From an uncultured delta proteobacterium (GTDB lineage Bacteria > Myxococcota > B64-G9), in assembly GCA_963754925.1 (NCBI GenBank), contig CAVWHX010000001.1, positions 64,001 to 128,000 on the forward strand: a stretch of 64,000 nucleotides of DNA, read 5' to 3'. Made by a program: the position numbers and the translations under genes. Shown one piece after another: positions 52,032 to 62,698 of this stretch. The first letter of the stretch is position 1. Each line of letters begins with the position of its first letter. The notes under the pieces are model-generated. The model saw only the letters and a list, made by a program, of their open reading frames with translations, was not told where the DNA came from and did no database searches.

Positions 52032-53192
52032 CTAGTTGTCGTCCACTTCAATAATTCCATCAATATGGTCGGCGGGATTTATGAAAGTTCCGTCTGGAAG
52101 GATGTTGGGGTGGCAGTCGGAACATTGGGTGCTTTCCGTGTGGTTGGCATTCGGCGGAATCGCATGGCAGGAGCCACAGGGCGTCCCCGTCGGCGTCAAG
52201 GCGTTCCATTGGGGCGAGCGATTGGTGCCGGTGCCGGAGAGGGTCGAACCGTGACAGTAGACATTGCTGCACTGGAGGGTGTTGGTGTCAAAGGAGGGAC
52301 TGGCGCCGTCGGTGATTGCCAACGCTCCCCAGGTCAATTGCGCGGGTAATCGCGCGCCGTTGTTATATCGTGGATGATCGTTCAGATTTGTCGGCACGAT
52401 GTGGCAGTCGGTGCAGACGATTTGCTTGCGCCAGGTTGACGCACCCAAATGGATTTGGTGAGCGCCGACGCCGGGAGCGGTCGTCTGGGTATTGCCCGAA
52501 AGATCCACCGGCGGCGCTTCATTGTTGACGCTACCGTGACAGGCGGTGCACGCAACGCCCGAGGCTTCGACGTGTCCGTCGATATGGGCATCCGTCGCCA
52601 GATTGATGGTGCCGTCGGGGAGCACCGTGTCGGGGTGACACGCGTTGCAATTCGTTGTTTGACTGCTGTGCGGCGACGACGAAGGCGGATACCCATGGCA
52701 CATGTCGCAGGCAGGTTCTTGGGTCTTGGGCTGGTTCCACATGGGTTCGGGAATTTTCCCGTCGGTTACGGGCGACACATGGCAGTAGACGTTGGAACAT
52801 TTGTTGCTGGCGCCATCCCACGCCGGCGTATGGCCGTCTGCCGAAGCCAGAGGTCCAAAAGTAACCGGAGCGGGAGGATTCCCCAGGTGGTTGGGGTCAG
52901 TGACATCGGTCGGCACGATATGGCATTCGCTGCACGCTACCCCTTGTTTTCGCAGCAGTCCGGCTCTCACGTGCGGCTGATGCAACCCGACGCCGGGGTA
53001 GGTCGGGTCCACGACGCCGTTTATCCCCTTTGGCGGAGCGGCGTTATCCGCATTGCCATGGCAGACATTGCACTGGTTTTCCGCAACCAGACCGTCGGTG
53101 AGCGGGTTGGTTTGGCAGCCGAGCCCGCCCGCCACCGTCAACATCCAGGCCCCGAGAAAAACCCAATACCGTCGTTGTTGCAGGTTACTCAT
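52032..53192 (-). CDS. Decaheme lipoprotein cytochrome of CxxxxCH/CxxCH type (two 5-heme repeats)
   Basis: Lipobox GLGC; 8 CxxCH plus 2 CSNVYCH. Confidence 0.87.
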   Translation of the reverse strand: MSNLQQRRYWVFLGAWMLTVAGGLGCQTNPLTDGLVAENQCNVCHGNADNAAPPKGINGVVDPTYPGVGLHQPHVRAGLLRKQGVACSECHIVPTDVTDPNHLGNPPAPVTFGPLASADGHTPAWDGASNKCSNVYCHVSPVTDGKIPEPMWNQPKTQEPACDMCHGYPPSSSPHSSQTTNCNACHPDTVLPDGTINLATDAHIDGHVEASGVACTACHGSVNNEAPPVDLSGNTQTTAPGVGAHQIHLGASTWRKQIVCTDCHIVPTNLNDHPRYNNGARLPAQLTWGALAITDGASPSFDTNTLQCSNVYCHGSTLSGTGTNRSPQWNALTPTGTPCGSCHAIPPNANHTESTQCSDCHPNILPDGTFINPADHIDGIIEVDDN

Positions 53193-53194
53193 GG

Positions 53195-54040
53195 TTATTT
53201 TCCAGCGTGACATTCCGCGCAAAAAGACGGTTTGTGACACACGCCGCATTGTTGGTTCGGTATGCTTGCGGCCGCCAGACCGTGCAGCGTTTTCCAATTT
53301 CCGCGGTGATTCAAAGGCGGCGTGGTTTGATGACAAAAGACGCAGCTACCCGTCTCGTGACAGGTTTTACAGGTATTCCGATCGAAATCAGCCGCCAACC
53401 CGTGGGTTCGAACGCGCCACATGCCGGTATGATTTTTGGGTTTGGTGTTTCTGTGGCAATCCGAACACGCCGACTTGGTATGACAGAGCGTACAGGCTTT
53501 GCCGTGCTCGGCCTCTCCGGTAAAGTCCGCCACGGTTCCGTGCAAGCGCAGCCAGTCGTTCCGGTGGTTTTTAGGCTTGATGTTCTTCTGATCGCCGCCA
53601 TGGCACCGTTTGCAATTGTGTTCGGGCACGGCGACCTTTTTTTCGGCATGGCACGACTCGCAGCGCGGCCGCGGCACCATGACTTCGTCTGCCGTTTGTT
53701 TCTCGGTGGCGGTCTTTTCATGGCAGGCCAGGCAATCAATTTTGTTGATATGATACGAATGAGGAAAGACGATAGTTTCTTTTTTGGCCTTGACCGGAAG
53801 TCGCCAGGGTGGAGGAGCTTCCGAATGGCACTCTTCACAACCTTTGGTGTTGAGCACCGGGGCGGCGCCCGACAGGTCGTGACACATTGAGCATTCATCC
53901 GCCCCTTGTTCTTTATGAAAGACGTGAGAAAAGACCTTTGTATCGTGCGTATCTTGGGCGTAGGCCCCGGTCCCGGCCATCAACCACGAGCTCACGATGG
54001 CCGCGACCAGCATAATCGGATGTCGAATAACGCCACGCAT
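53195..54040 (-). CDS. Periplasmic 11-heme cytochrome c
   Basis: Signal peptide AYA; 11 CxxCH motifs counted. Confidence 0.88.
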   Translation of the reverse strand: MRGVIRHPIMLVAAIVSSWLMAGTGAYAQDTHDTKVFSHVFHKEQGADECSMCHDLSGAAPVLNTKGCEECHSEAPPPWRLPVKAKKETIVFPHSYHINKIDCLACHEKTATEKQTADEVMVPRPRCESCHAEKKVAVPEHNCKRCHGGDQKNIKPKNHRNDWLRLHGTVADFTGEAEHGKACTLCHTKSACSDCHRNTKPKNHTGMWRVRTHGLAADFDRNTCKTCHETGSCVFCHQTTPPLNHRGNWKTLHGLAAASIPNQQCGVCHKPSFCAECHAGK

Positions 54041-54047
54041 GGCTGCC

Positions 54048-55532
54048 TCAAACCCTCTGCCGTAGCGACAGAATGACGGTATGGAGATCGCGGTCGAAAC
54101 GCTCAAACTCATACTGCACTTTCACACCCAACCATTTAAGGATCGCATAGGAGAAAGAAAGGTAATAGGTCCTGACATCCGCGATCTCTTGGGGATTCTG
54201 GAAATAGTCGTACTTGTATCGCTGATAATAGGTTCCGAGCTCGCCCTTGAGACGTTCCCGCTCGTAGCCGAGCGATCCAAACACCGACAGGATCCAGTCC
54301 CCGCCAACCATGCGATAGTCACCCTCCCCGCCGACCTGCACATACAATCCGCGCAGCAACAGATCTTTTTCATCTACCATAACGTACGCCCTTCCGGTAT
54401 TCCGGTTGAAGGGCCCTTCTTCGCCCCGCAGCAGCTGGCGTCCGTTCAAACCAACCTCAAACCCGAACGTCCAAGTCTTTTGGTCGAAGTTTTTCCAGAA
54501 ATCCAGCTTGTATCGAAAATTGGGCAGGCTATCCCCCAGCAAGGAGTAGAAGGGATCTTCAGCCTCATTGATCTCGCGCAGGGTGATAGGTTGCGCCTCG
54601 AATCCCAGGTTCACGCCCATGCTGCCTTCTTCCGAAATCCATTGTCCCGATAGGCCGGCATTGGAAAGCTGATCATTGATGCCGCGAAGCTGCGCTTTGG
54701 CGCGTATAGCCGCATCCAATACTTGAATCCACGAGGTCAATCCATAGGAGTGGTCTATGATTTTGCTTCTATCAACTGCAGCGTAGGTGAGGACATCTTC
54801 CTTCAAGAATCGATAGTCGAGCTCCAAACGGAGAAAAGAAAACGGTTTGTAGCCGACGCCGGCCGAGGCCAGCCAATTTTCAAATTGGGTTGACTGCGGA
54901 TCAAAGAAATGCGCGGTCCTTCCGCCGAACACAAATACGGTGATGGGGTTTTTAGGGATCGCAAACAGAGCCGAAGCGCCGTCGAAGTTAAGCGGCGGCC
55001 CGTGTTCCGACGTCTGTCGCCCCGCTCGCAACAATCGAATCCAGGTTCCGGGCGTGTACTCCGCGTACAGGGTAAATACGTCCCACCACGGGTTGCGATA
55101 GTCGTACATCGAGGAAAGCACCGTTGGCTGGTCGATGGAATCGGACCTGCTGAGGGTCACCCACAACCCCAACGACAGCTCAACACCGAACGTTTCATCG
55201 GGATTGCGGACGTCGCCGTCGAACGACAGCCTAAAAAGATGATCGCTTTCACTGCCTACCGGAGAAGCATCCAACAACGGATCCCCGGAATCTTTGAGGG
55301 GCCTCGAAGACGCCCGAAAGCGGTATTGCTCGAGCGCAGAAAAATTTATTTGCCAAGGAGGCGATGGAACGGATGCCTCCGCGCTACTCTTCGTCGTCGC
55401 TTCGGGAGCCGTCGCAGACACTGCTGAGCCTTGAGGGTCAACCGTCGTCTCCTCGGCCCGGAGATTCGCGCCAAGAGTCAACGATAGCGAGACGCCGACC
55501 ACCAGCATGGTCAGGTACCAGTTTTTCAACAT
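54048..55532 (-). CDS. Putative outer-membrane beta-barrel of a porin-cytochrome complex
   Basis: Signal peptide; amphipathic strands, AGRQ motif; lies between cytochromes. Confidence 0.7.
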   Translation of the reverse strand: MLKNWYLTMLVVGVSLSLTLGANLRAEETTVDPQGSAVSATAPEATTKSSAEASVPSPPWQINFSALEQYRFRASSRPLKDSGDPLLDASPVGSESDHLFRLSFDGDVRNPDETFGVELSLGLWVTLSRSDSIDQPTVLSSMYDYRNPWWDVFTLYAEYTPGTWIRLLRAGRQTSEHGPPLNFDGASALFAIPKNPITVFVFGGRTAHFFDPQSTQFENWLASAGVGYKPFSFLRLELDYRFLKEDVLTYAAVDRSKIIDHSYGLTSWIQVLDAAIRAKAQLRGINDQLSNAGLSGQWISEEGSMGVNLGFEAQPITLREINEAEDPFYSLLGDSLPNFRYKLDFWKNFDQKTWTFGFEVGLNGRQLLRGEEGPFNRNTGRAYVMVDEKDLLLRGLYVQVGGEGDYRMVGGDWILSVFGSLGYERERLKGELGTYYQRYKYDYFQNPQEIADVRTYYLSFSYAILKWLGVKVQYEFERFDRDLHTVILSLRQRV

Positions 55533-55543
55533 TCCCCCCGAAG

Positions 55544-56002
55544 TTATTTCTTATGGCAGGTAGTACAGGTGTCGATCTTCTTCGTCCCTTCTTTACTGAT
55601 CTCTTTATGGCACTTCAGACAGGTTTTGTGATAGAGCGCATCGGCGAAGATGAAATCACCCTTATCATTTTTCTTGCCGAGCAGCGGGGCTTGCTTACCC
55701 TCGAACTCTTTTTGCGGCGTGCCTTCCGTAACATGGCACGCGGGGCAGCCTTTCACCGACTTCGTATCGGCCGGTACGTCCTCTTTCAACGTGTGGTGGC
55801 AGTCTTTGCAAACGATCGCTTTGCCGCCGGTTTTCTTGTAGGTATCGACGTGCTTGGCGTGCTCAAAGGTGACGGGTCCCTTTTTGCCGGGGAGATGGTT
55901 AATGACGATGACTTTTTTGTTCTCCGGCACCCCAGCCAAAACCGCGGTAATGACCGCAAACGTAAGCCCGATTACGATGGTGACGAGCCATGTCTTTTTC
56001 AT
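55544..56002 (-). CDS. Tetraheme cytochrome c3 family protein
   Basis: PVTFEH..H, CKDCHH, CPACH, CLKCH, CTTCH. Confidence 0.9.
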   Translation of the reverse strand: MKKTWLVTIVIGLTFAVITAVLAGVPENKKVIVINHLPGKKGPVTFEHAKHVDTYKKTGGKAIVCKDCHHTLKEDVPADTKSVKGCPACHVTEGTPQKEFEGKQAPLLGKKNDKGDFIFADALYHKTCLKCHKEISKEGTKKIDTCTTCHKK

Positions 56003-56180
56003 GAGTCCTCTCCCGTAGGTTAGATTTTAGGACATCCTATGTCGGTTTATTTTCTCGGTCAAGAGCAATCGTTACGACACGAAAAATTTTTTCTTAGCCC
56101 CTTTGCCGCGCTTCAGGGTCGGCGGGGCCTGTATAAAAACGCCGCCGCAGGAGAAGTTCACCCTGCCTGAGGGTCTCTCG

Positions 56181-57347
56181 TCACGTGCGGCGCGCGGGGG
56201 AGGGCGTCTTCGAGATCGCGTCGGGGAAGAGGGGGACGATGCGATGGAAGATATAAAGGATGATGAAGGGTAGGGTGAAAATGACCGCGGCCGATACCAG
56301 GCCCTCCTTCTCCCAAACGCCGGGTAAGTAGCTCGTGAAGCCGCGCCGGGACTTGGAAAGAAGCTGGCCGCCCACGACCACGTTCCAGCGCATGAGCAAA
56401 ACTTGTCCGAGGAGCATGGTGGCCGCCAGCCAGGTGAGCAGGTTGGCGGTGCGATCCTTGAGCCTAAACAGCGCGGTGATCCCCAAGAGCAAAAACGGAA
56501 CCAGGGAAAAGACCATGAACTGCAGCACGACGTAGGAGATAAACAGCTTTTGTTCGATGAGGGCGCCCAAAACCTCCCACTCTTCGGTCTGCTGGTAGGC
56601 GATCGACAGGATCTCCAAGAGCTCCAGGGCCACGGCCACCATCATGAAACCCCAGAGGTATTTTCCCAGGGAACGGACGCAGGGCTGATCGACCTTCCAG
56701 CCGTTGATGAACGACACGACGAAGTAGTGGAAGATCAGCACCGAAATGCCGGAAACGATCGCCGAGAAGATGAAGATCACGAACATGAGCGGCGTCGACC
56801 ACCAGGGATTGGCCTTGAGCGAGCCGAACAGGAACCCAACGTAGCCGTGCAGCAGGCAGGCGAGCGGCACGCCCAGCCCGGCCAGGAACCGGGCGATGGT
56901 GCGGTCGCCGCGCCGGGAGGCGTCGTCCTCGTTGAGGTTGAAGAACAGGATGATGCGGCAGATGAGCGCCGCTAGACCCTTTCCCCGGGCGCGGCGGATG
57001 AAGTCGCTGCGCATCACGAACCAAATCTCGAGGACCACCAGGATAAGATAGGTGGTATAAATGTAACCGAAGCCGGCCATCGCCGAGGTGAAGTTCGGCG
57101 TGATCATGATGTTGAAAGCCCGCTCCGGATGTCCGAGGTGCACGAGGAGCGGCAGCGCCGCAAACAACAGAAACACGAAGGCCGAGGCGAGCGAGAAACG
57201 GGCCACCGGCTTGAGCTCGTTTCGGCCGAAGACGTGGTAGAGCGAAGAGACGATGAAAGCGCCGGCGACCAGCCCGGTAATGTATGGGTAGAGCACGATC
57301 ATCACCGTCCAGGTGACGTGCAGCTCGTTGGGGAACACGTAATCCAT
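56181..57347 (-). CDS. NrfD/PsrC-family membrane quinone-interacting subunit
   Basis: YPYITGLVAGAF, HLGHPER, multiple TM segments. Confidence 0.9.
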   Translation of the reverse strand: MDYVFPNELHVTWTVMIVLYPYITGLVAGAFIVSSLYHVFGRNELKPVARFSLASAFVFLLFAALPLLVHLGHPERAFNIMITPNFTSAMAGFGYIYTTYLILVVLEIWFVMRSDFIRRARGKGLAALICRIILFFNLNEDDASRRGDRTIARFLAGLGVPLACLLHGYVGFLFGSLKANPWWSTPLMFVIFIFSAIVSGISVLIFHYFVVSFINGWKVDQPCVRSLGKYLWGFMMVAVALELLEILSIAYQQTEEWEVLGALIEQKLFISYVVLQFMVFSLVPFLLLGITALFRLKDRTANLLTWLAATMLLGQVLLMRWNVVVGGQLLSKSRRGFTSYLPGVWEKEGLVSAAVIFTLPFIILYIFHRIVPLFPDAISKTPSPARRT

Positions 57348-58102
57348 CACACCACCTCCAGGTCGAGACCGATGTAGTAGCACTTCGGGTGGGTGCCCAT
57401 CTCCGGCTTCAACAGCCGGTAGCGACGCTGTCTCAAGATCGTCGAGAGCTCGCCCTGCGGGTCCTTGAGGTCGCCGAACATGCGTGCGCCGGTGGGGCAG
57501 GCGGCCACACAGGCGGGTAGGAGGTCGCGGGTGAGGCGGTGATAGCAGAACGTGCACTTGTCGGCGACGTGCAGCTGCGGGTGGATGTAACGGCTGCCGT
57601 AGGGGCAGGCCTGGACGCAGTAGCCGCAGCCGATACAATGCTTCCGATCGACCAGGACCACGCCGTCTTTGGTGGCGTAGGCCGCGCCCACCGGGCAGAC
57701 TTGGTTGCACACCGATTTCTCGCAGTGGTTGCAGAGCTTCGGGACAAAGTAGGCCTTGGCGGCATCGGAGGGGATCTCTTTGAAGACATGGTCGTCGGCG
57801 GCGGCAACGTCGACGTGGACCGAGCCTTCGGCGTTCAGACGGTAGCGCTCGACCCAGGTGCGGAAGTAGCCCGCGGGAACGGCGTTCTCGTCGCGGCAGG
57901 CGCGCATGCAGGCGCAGCAGCCGATGCACTTGGTGGTGTCGACGGCGTACGCCCAGTAGTGCTTGGTCCAGTCGTAGTCGTCGGCGGGCTTGGTTCCGGG
58001 CTGAAGCCTACGTCCACAGCTCATCAGCACTAGGCCGGAGCCCGCGCCGACCCCGATCATCTTGAAAAACTCGCGGCGGTTGATACGACGGTCAGCGCTC
58101 AT
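57347..58102 (-). CDS. NrfC/PsrB-family 4Fe-4S protein with Tat signal
   Basis: NRREFFK; CIGCCACMRAC, CNHC..C..VCP, CIGCGYCVQACP, KCTFC. Confidence 0.92.
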   Translation of the reverse strand: MSADRRINRREFFKMIGVGAGSGLVLMSCGRRLQPGTKPADDYDWTKHYWAYAVDTTKCIGCCACMRACRDENAVPAGYFRTWVERYRLNAEGSVHVDVAAADDHVFKEIPSDAAKAYFVPKLCNHCEKSVCNQVCPVGAAYATKDGVVLVDRKHCIGCGYCVQACPYGSRYIHPQLHVADKCTFCYHRLTRDLLPACVAACPTGARMFGDLKDPQGELSTILRQRRYRLLKPEMGTHPKCYYIGLDLEVV

Positions 58103-59207
58103 GGGCGCCTCCCTTCAACGTCACGTGAATGCGATTCTGGTGGCAGTCGATGCAGCGCGCGTTGCTGTTCTCGTCGAGTCCGACATCTTTCAGGTGTCCC
58201 GGCCAGGAGATGCTCGCCGCGGCGGTCGCCGCGCGGAAGTCGGCTGTGCGGTGGCACAAGAGGCAGAAGCGGGGGTCGGCGTCGCGGATGATGCGTCCGG
58301 CAAACTCGGATTCCTTGAAGAAAACGTGGCAGGTCGTGCAGCGCACGTTTTTGTGGCTACGCTGCGCGGCGTCGACGACGATTTCCTTATGGCAGTAGTC
58401 GCACGCGAAGATCGCGGGATGTCCCTCGGGTCGCTTCAGGGTTTCGTCGGTTCGACCGATGTGACAGTCACGGCAGCGATGAATCAGGGGATGCAGGCGG
58501 GCGGTCCTGAGATCGCGATCCATGTACAGGGGCTCGTGCGGGTTGTGGCACTGGATGCACTGCACGCCCTCGTCCTTCACGCCCACGAACCGGTAGTGGT
58601 CCTGGAAGCGTATCTGCGGAAACGCACCCGGCCGGGCATCGAGCAGGCGATGGCAGACCAGGCAATCGTCCCGGCTGCGCGGCACGCGGATGTGCCCCTC
58701 GCCGGATGCGTCGGCGTGCTCGTCCCCGGGGCCGTGGCAGGTCTCGCAGGCGACCTTGGCGTGGGCGTCTTTGCTGTGGAGCAGCGCCTCGTCGTCGTGG
58801 CATTCGGCGCACTTCTCCTTGCCGATGTGGTGGACCGGCATCTCCCGCGCCTCGGCGGGCGCCGCCCCGCGGTAGTAGCCGAATTCGCCGAACGTGGCTG
58901 GCACCGCCAGCGCCCGGGCGATGAGCGCCGCTATGACTACCCCGCCTACCAGGAGGAAGATCGGCAGCGCATGGCGGTAGCTCGCCGGCGCGGAGGGCAC
59001 CTCCGCGGATTTCTCGCGCACGGTCAGGAGCAGGTTTACGCCGAGCGCCACGAAGACAACCGCTGCGGTCACCAGGACCGCGAGCAGGGCCATGCCCGCG
59101 GCCGGCCGGGCAGCGCCTGGGCCGCGCTGCATCGTCACCAGGACGGCGCCGACGACGGCAGCGCCAGCGAAGGCAAGGCAGAGAAATGCACGGAAGATTC
59201 GATTCAT
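58092..59207 (-). CDS. Membrane-anchored 9-heme cytochrome c
   Basis: 3 N-terminal TM segments; 9 CxxCH motifs. Confidence 0.88.
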   Translation of the reverse strand: MNRIFRAFLCLAFAGAAVVGAVLVTMQRGPGAARPAAGMALLAVLVTAAVVFVALGVNLLLTVREKSAEVPSAPASYRHALPIFLLVGGVVIAALIARALAVPATFGEFGYYRGAAPAEAREMPVHHIGKEKCAECHDDEALLHSKDAHAKVACETCHGPGDEHADASGEGHIRVPRSRDDCLVCHRLLDARPGAFPQIRFQDHYRFVGVKDEGVQCIQCHNPHEPLYMDRDLRTARLHPLIHRCRDCHIGRTDETLKRPEGHPAIFACDYCHKEIVVDAAQRSHKNVRCTTCHVFFKESEFAGRIIRDADPRFCLLCHRTADFRAATAAASISWPGHLKDVGLDENSNARCIDCHQNRIHVTLKGGAHER

Positions 59208-59274
59208 GTCACCGGTTGTCTTCCACGATGATCAACACCCATTAACTCTCTCGCTCTCTTGGTTTCCCCGATCG

Positions 59275-60099
59275 CTATTGATACACGTGGGCGCTCTGGT
59301 CCGCGGTCGGCAGAAGTTGCATGCCCAGATAGGTAAAGAGGACCGCCCCAAACCCCAACACGACCAGGAAGGCAAGCCGTCTTCCGCGCCACTGGCTCAA
59401 GTAGTATTGGTGGAGGTAGGTGGCGAAAATCAACCACGTCACCAACGACCACGTTTCTTTGGGATCCCACACCCAGTAGTCGCCCCAGGCGTCCTTGGCC
59501 CAGGCGGCGCCTATCAGCAAACCCACGGTCAACAACGCAAAGCCGAAACGAACCGCTCCGTCCAGCAACGTCTCCAGCTGAAGCGTCTGACCGGCAAAAA
59601 GTTCAGGTCGCTTCATGGTAATGGGTTTGGGCCGTATCAGATACAACAGTGCGGCTCCGAAGGCCACAAAGAGTGCGGCATAACCAAAGAAGTAGACCAC
59701 GACGTGCGGAATAAACCAGCCGCTCTGAAGCGCCGGGGGGAGGTTCACGATATCTTTTTCTTCCTGAATCAAGGCTACCAGAATCACCGCAACGCAGCTC
59801 AGGCTCGAGGGCAACCCCAAGATGCGCGCTCGGTAGAGCCATTCCACCGCTAAATACACCACGGCGATACAAATCGCCAATAGTAACAGCGACTCATATA
59901 AGGTTTTGAACGGCGGCTGACCCGCTTCAAACCAACGGGTAACCAGCTGAAGCGCATTCACCGTAAGGCCCGCAGCCAGCAAAGCCGGGGCGAGTATGCG
60001 CGCCAAACGCGATGCTCTGAGCCAGAGTATGCCGTACAGGAGGGACGACAGGGCATACAACCCAAACGAAACCAAGGTTACTATCGAAGCCGATTGCAT
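59275..60099 (-). CDS. ccsA: Cytochrome c biogenesis System II protein CcsA/ResC
   Basis: PALQSGW..PH, GAAWAKDAWGDYWVWDPKETWSLVTW (WWD domain). Confidence 0.93.
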   Translation of the reverse strand: MQSASIVTLVSFGLYALSSLLYGILWLRASRLARILAPALLAAGLTVNALQLVTRWFEAGQPPFKTLYESLLLLAICIAVVYLAVEWLYRARILGLPSSLSCVAVILVALIQEEKDIVNLPPALQSGWFIPHVVVYFFGYAALFVAFGAALLYLIRPKPITMKRPELFAGQTLQLETLLDGAVRFGFALLTVGLLIGAAWAKDAWGDYWVWDPKETWSLVTWLIFATYLHQYYLSQWRGRRLAFLVVLGFGAVLFTYLGMQLLPTADQSAHVYQ

Positions 60100-62084
60100 T
60101 ATGCACCACCTTCCGCGGATCCGGCAGCGGATTTTTTACGCCTCAACAACGGGGGCAGCAACACCGCGCATATGACTCCAGAAGCGTTAAGTATCAGGCC
60201 CAGGTATATGAGCCAAAGCCCGGGATCTCGGACGACCTGAAAACCGGAGAACGTGAGGTCTTCAGGCCGGTAATCGGACTGAAAAAAACTGAATCCACGG
60301 TAGGTCAACGGGTGATTCACCTCAACCGTCGATGACAACACTTTGTGTCCTTCCGTGGTGACACTGAGCAAGCTCACATAATCCCGCACGGTATCGCCGC
60401 CTTTTGGGGCGAGCACCAGAACGTTGTCTTCCGACAGCCGAAGCGGCTCGCGCGGGGTGACGGACACGGTCTGCGGGTGACCTGAAACGCGCACCAGCGC
60501 CACCGGGTTATTCGGTTTGTCCGAGCGGTTGACGTCGCGCAGGGTTCGGCGCACGGCAGGATAGAGCGCGTGCATCGTGAACTTCTCGAACGGCTCGGGC
60601 AACGGCCGGTCCTTTTCCAGTTTGATCGTGGATGTTACTTCCCCCTGTTCAAGCCTCCATACCTCCTGTCGCTGCCCAACAATGATCGCCCGAACGTTCG
60701 AGACAGACCCTGCGGCGCGGTAATGGTAGGTTATTTTTAGCCGAGATAATTCGTTTTTCATTCCATGAAAATCCGGATAATTGGCAAACAACCAACCGTT
60801 ACCGACCGCACCATTCTTTGCGTCTTTCACCTCGATCTCGAGCGCCGGGTTGTTTGGTTCGTCGGAGCGTTCCGTCGGCTCCTTGGTGTTCTGATCCATG
60901 ACAAAATCCAAAAATGCGCGCTTGACTTCCACGTGCTGATCGGTTCCGGGAATGGGATAGGACCCGCCCGGTTTAACCGCGAACTCCTTGCCGCCGATAC
61001 TCAGGATATGTTCAGAAGACGCATCCCCATTACGATTCGCTTCCAAGAATTGATTTGCCCGCGCCGCCTCCCAGAAGAATTTCACATCCTGAGGAGCGTC
61101 GGCCTGCGAATTTCCACTGCGATCGTCAAACAGCCAGACGACGCCCTTCTGCTGTTGCTGCTCAAGTCCCAGCGCCGCAATGCCCGAATCTCCGGAATCC
61201 TCCGCGACCTCCCATTCCTGCGCGTAGTCGGGAAAATAGCTGACGGCATCGACGCCGTATGACCTTAATTTTTGGAGGTCCTTTTCCAAGACCGGATTCG
61301 CGGTGAGAAGCTTTTTCTCTCGTTCCCGCGATAGGTCATAGACCATCAATTCAAATTCTCGTTCGTAGTGAAGCACCCGAAAGTTGTCCAGACTCACCGA
61401 AAAACCCAGAGGCAACTCACGCGTGTTACCGTTCTCGGTCTCTATTGAAAAACGGTCCGACGATTCTCCTACATGGAGATTCAAGCGCCCCTTTATGCCC
61501 CAAACGATGCCTATGCTCGCGCCCGCAAGGATGAACAACACCCCAAGATGGGCGCCGACCGACCCGGCGTAGCGCAGCGTAAGACGACGCTTCCGCGCGA
61601 GCACCAGGGCGAGCCCGCCTGCCCCCATACCCAGGATCGACGAAAAACCGACGCTGTGAAAAATATTATTAAACAGAAGCTCGATCCACGGTTGACGGTG
61701 CGCACCCATCGGCGCGGCTACGGACGTTGTCTGAGGAATCAAGGTGCCGATGATGGAAAACACCGTTATTAAAACAAGCGCTGGCACGGCAAAGCGGTTT
61801 GACGAGAGGAAACGATGCCATTTCGGAGCAAAGCCGGCTACCAGTACGACTGTAAATAAGATCAAACCCAGGTCCACTGAAATCGATCGTTGTGGGGCCG
61901 AAAGCACAGTATTCATCATGACAAATAGGTGTTGAAGCACGGTCCCCACCACATACGCGGCGCCGAACAGGAAAAAAGCTAACCCCATTCCCTTGTGCGC
62001 TGAGTGGGCTTCCGATGGCCCTTGCGTCGCGCCGTTTTTCGTTTTTTCTGAATTTTCCTTCGTCGCGTGACGGTCAGAGCTCAT
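60099..62084 (-). CDS. resB: Cytochrome c biogenesis System II protein ResB/CcsB
   Basis: IIGTLIPQ, AHLGVLFILAG, EVNHPLTYRG..FFQS, RDPG. Confidence 0.88.
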   Translation of the reverse strand: MSSDRHATKENSEKTKNGATQGPSEAHSAHKGMGLAFFLFGAAYVVGTVLQHLFVMMNTVLSAPQRSISVDLGLILFTVVLVAGFAPKWHRFLSSNRFAVPALVLITVFSIIGTLIPQTTSVAAPMGAHRQPWIELLFNNIFHSVGFSSILGMGAGGLALVLARKRRLTLRYAGSVGAHLGVLFILAGASIGIVWGIKGRLNLHVGESSDRFSIETENGNTRELPLGFSVSLDNFRVLHYEREFELMVYDLSREREKKLLTANPVLEKDLQKLRSYGVDAVSYFPDYAQEWEVAEDSGDSGIAALGLEQQQQKGVVWLFDDRSGNSQADAPQDVKFFWEAARANQFLEANRNGDASSEHILSIGGKEFAVKPGGSYPIPGTDQHVEVKRAFLDFVMDQNTKEPTERSDEPNNPALEIEVKDAKNGAVGNGWLFANYPDFHGMKNELSRLKITYHYRAAGSVSNVRAIIVGQRQEVWRLEQGEVTSTIKLEKDRPLPEPFEKFTMHALYPAVRRTLRDVNRSDKPNNPVALVRVSGHPQTVSVTPREPLRLSEDNVLVLAPKGGDTVRDYVSLLSVTTEGHKVLSSTVEVNHPLTYRGFSFFQSDYRPEDLTFSGFQVVRDPGLWLIYLGLILNASGVICAVLLPPLLRRKKSAAGSAEGGA

Positions 62085-62233
62085 ACTGCCTCCCGGCTGC
62101 AATCCTTGAACCTACTACTCTTCTCCGATATTCCCTTTCTTTGCAAGTACCGTCATCGATATTGTTCGGATCGTCGTGGTAGGGGCAGGGCTTGCCCTGC
62201 CCTCTAATCCTCGATAGTGTTGCAGGGGAGAAC

Positions 62234-62698
62234 ATGACCCGCAGGGTATCCAAAGAAGAAAGCGGCATTAGCCTCTCAGCACGGGGAGAGTGGTTTTTAC
62301 GTGGCGAGCCCTTCGAGAACGCACGCATTATCCGTTTGTTTCACCGGGCCATCCGCCGCGACGATGAGGGACGCTACTACCTCTACAATCTGCTCGGAGC
62401 GTTGGAGGAGCACGTCTATTTCGAGGTGGCGGACACCGCTTTTTTCGTTGAACGACTCGATTTCGATGAGGCAGCGAGATCGTTGAGCATTCACCTGAAC
62501 CATGGAGACAGAGAGACCCTCGACGTCAAAACGTTGCGCGAGGACGAACGAGGCGTCATGTACTGCCGGACCAAAAACGGCGACCGAGCGCGGTTTTCCC
62601 CGAGCGCGCTTATGAGGTTATCCGAATTCGTAAAAACACAAGACGAATGGATCTACATCGACGTCACCGGCGAAAAGGTCATCCTCTCTAAGATGTAG
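62234..62698 (+). CDS. DUF1285-like conserved protein
   Basis: GEWFLRG..I..LF, YFEVADTAFFV, RARFS. Confidence 0.6.
   Translation: MTRRVSKEESGISLSARGEWFLRGEPFENARIIRLFHRAIRRDDEGRYYLYNLLGALEEHVYFEVADTAFFVERLDFDEAARSLSIHLNHGDRETLDVKTLREDERGVMYCRTKNGDRARFSPSALMRLSEFVKTQDEWIYIDVTGEKVILSKM

Noticed and set aside
56181..57929. 582-aa NrfD with long N-terminal extension
   Set aside because: The extension overlaps the 4Fe-4S gene in another frame; the real start is ATG 57347 after GGAGG.
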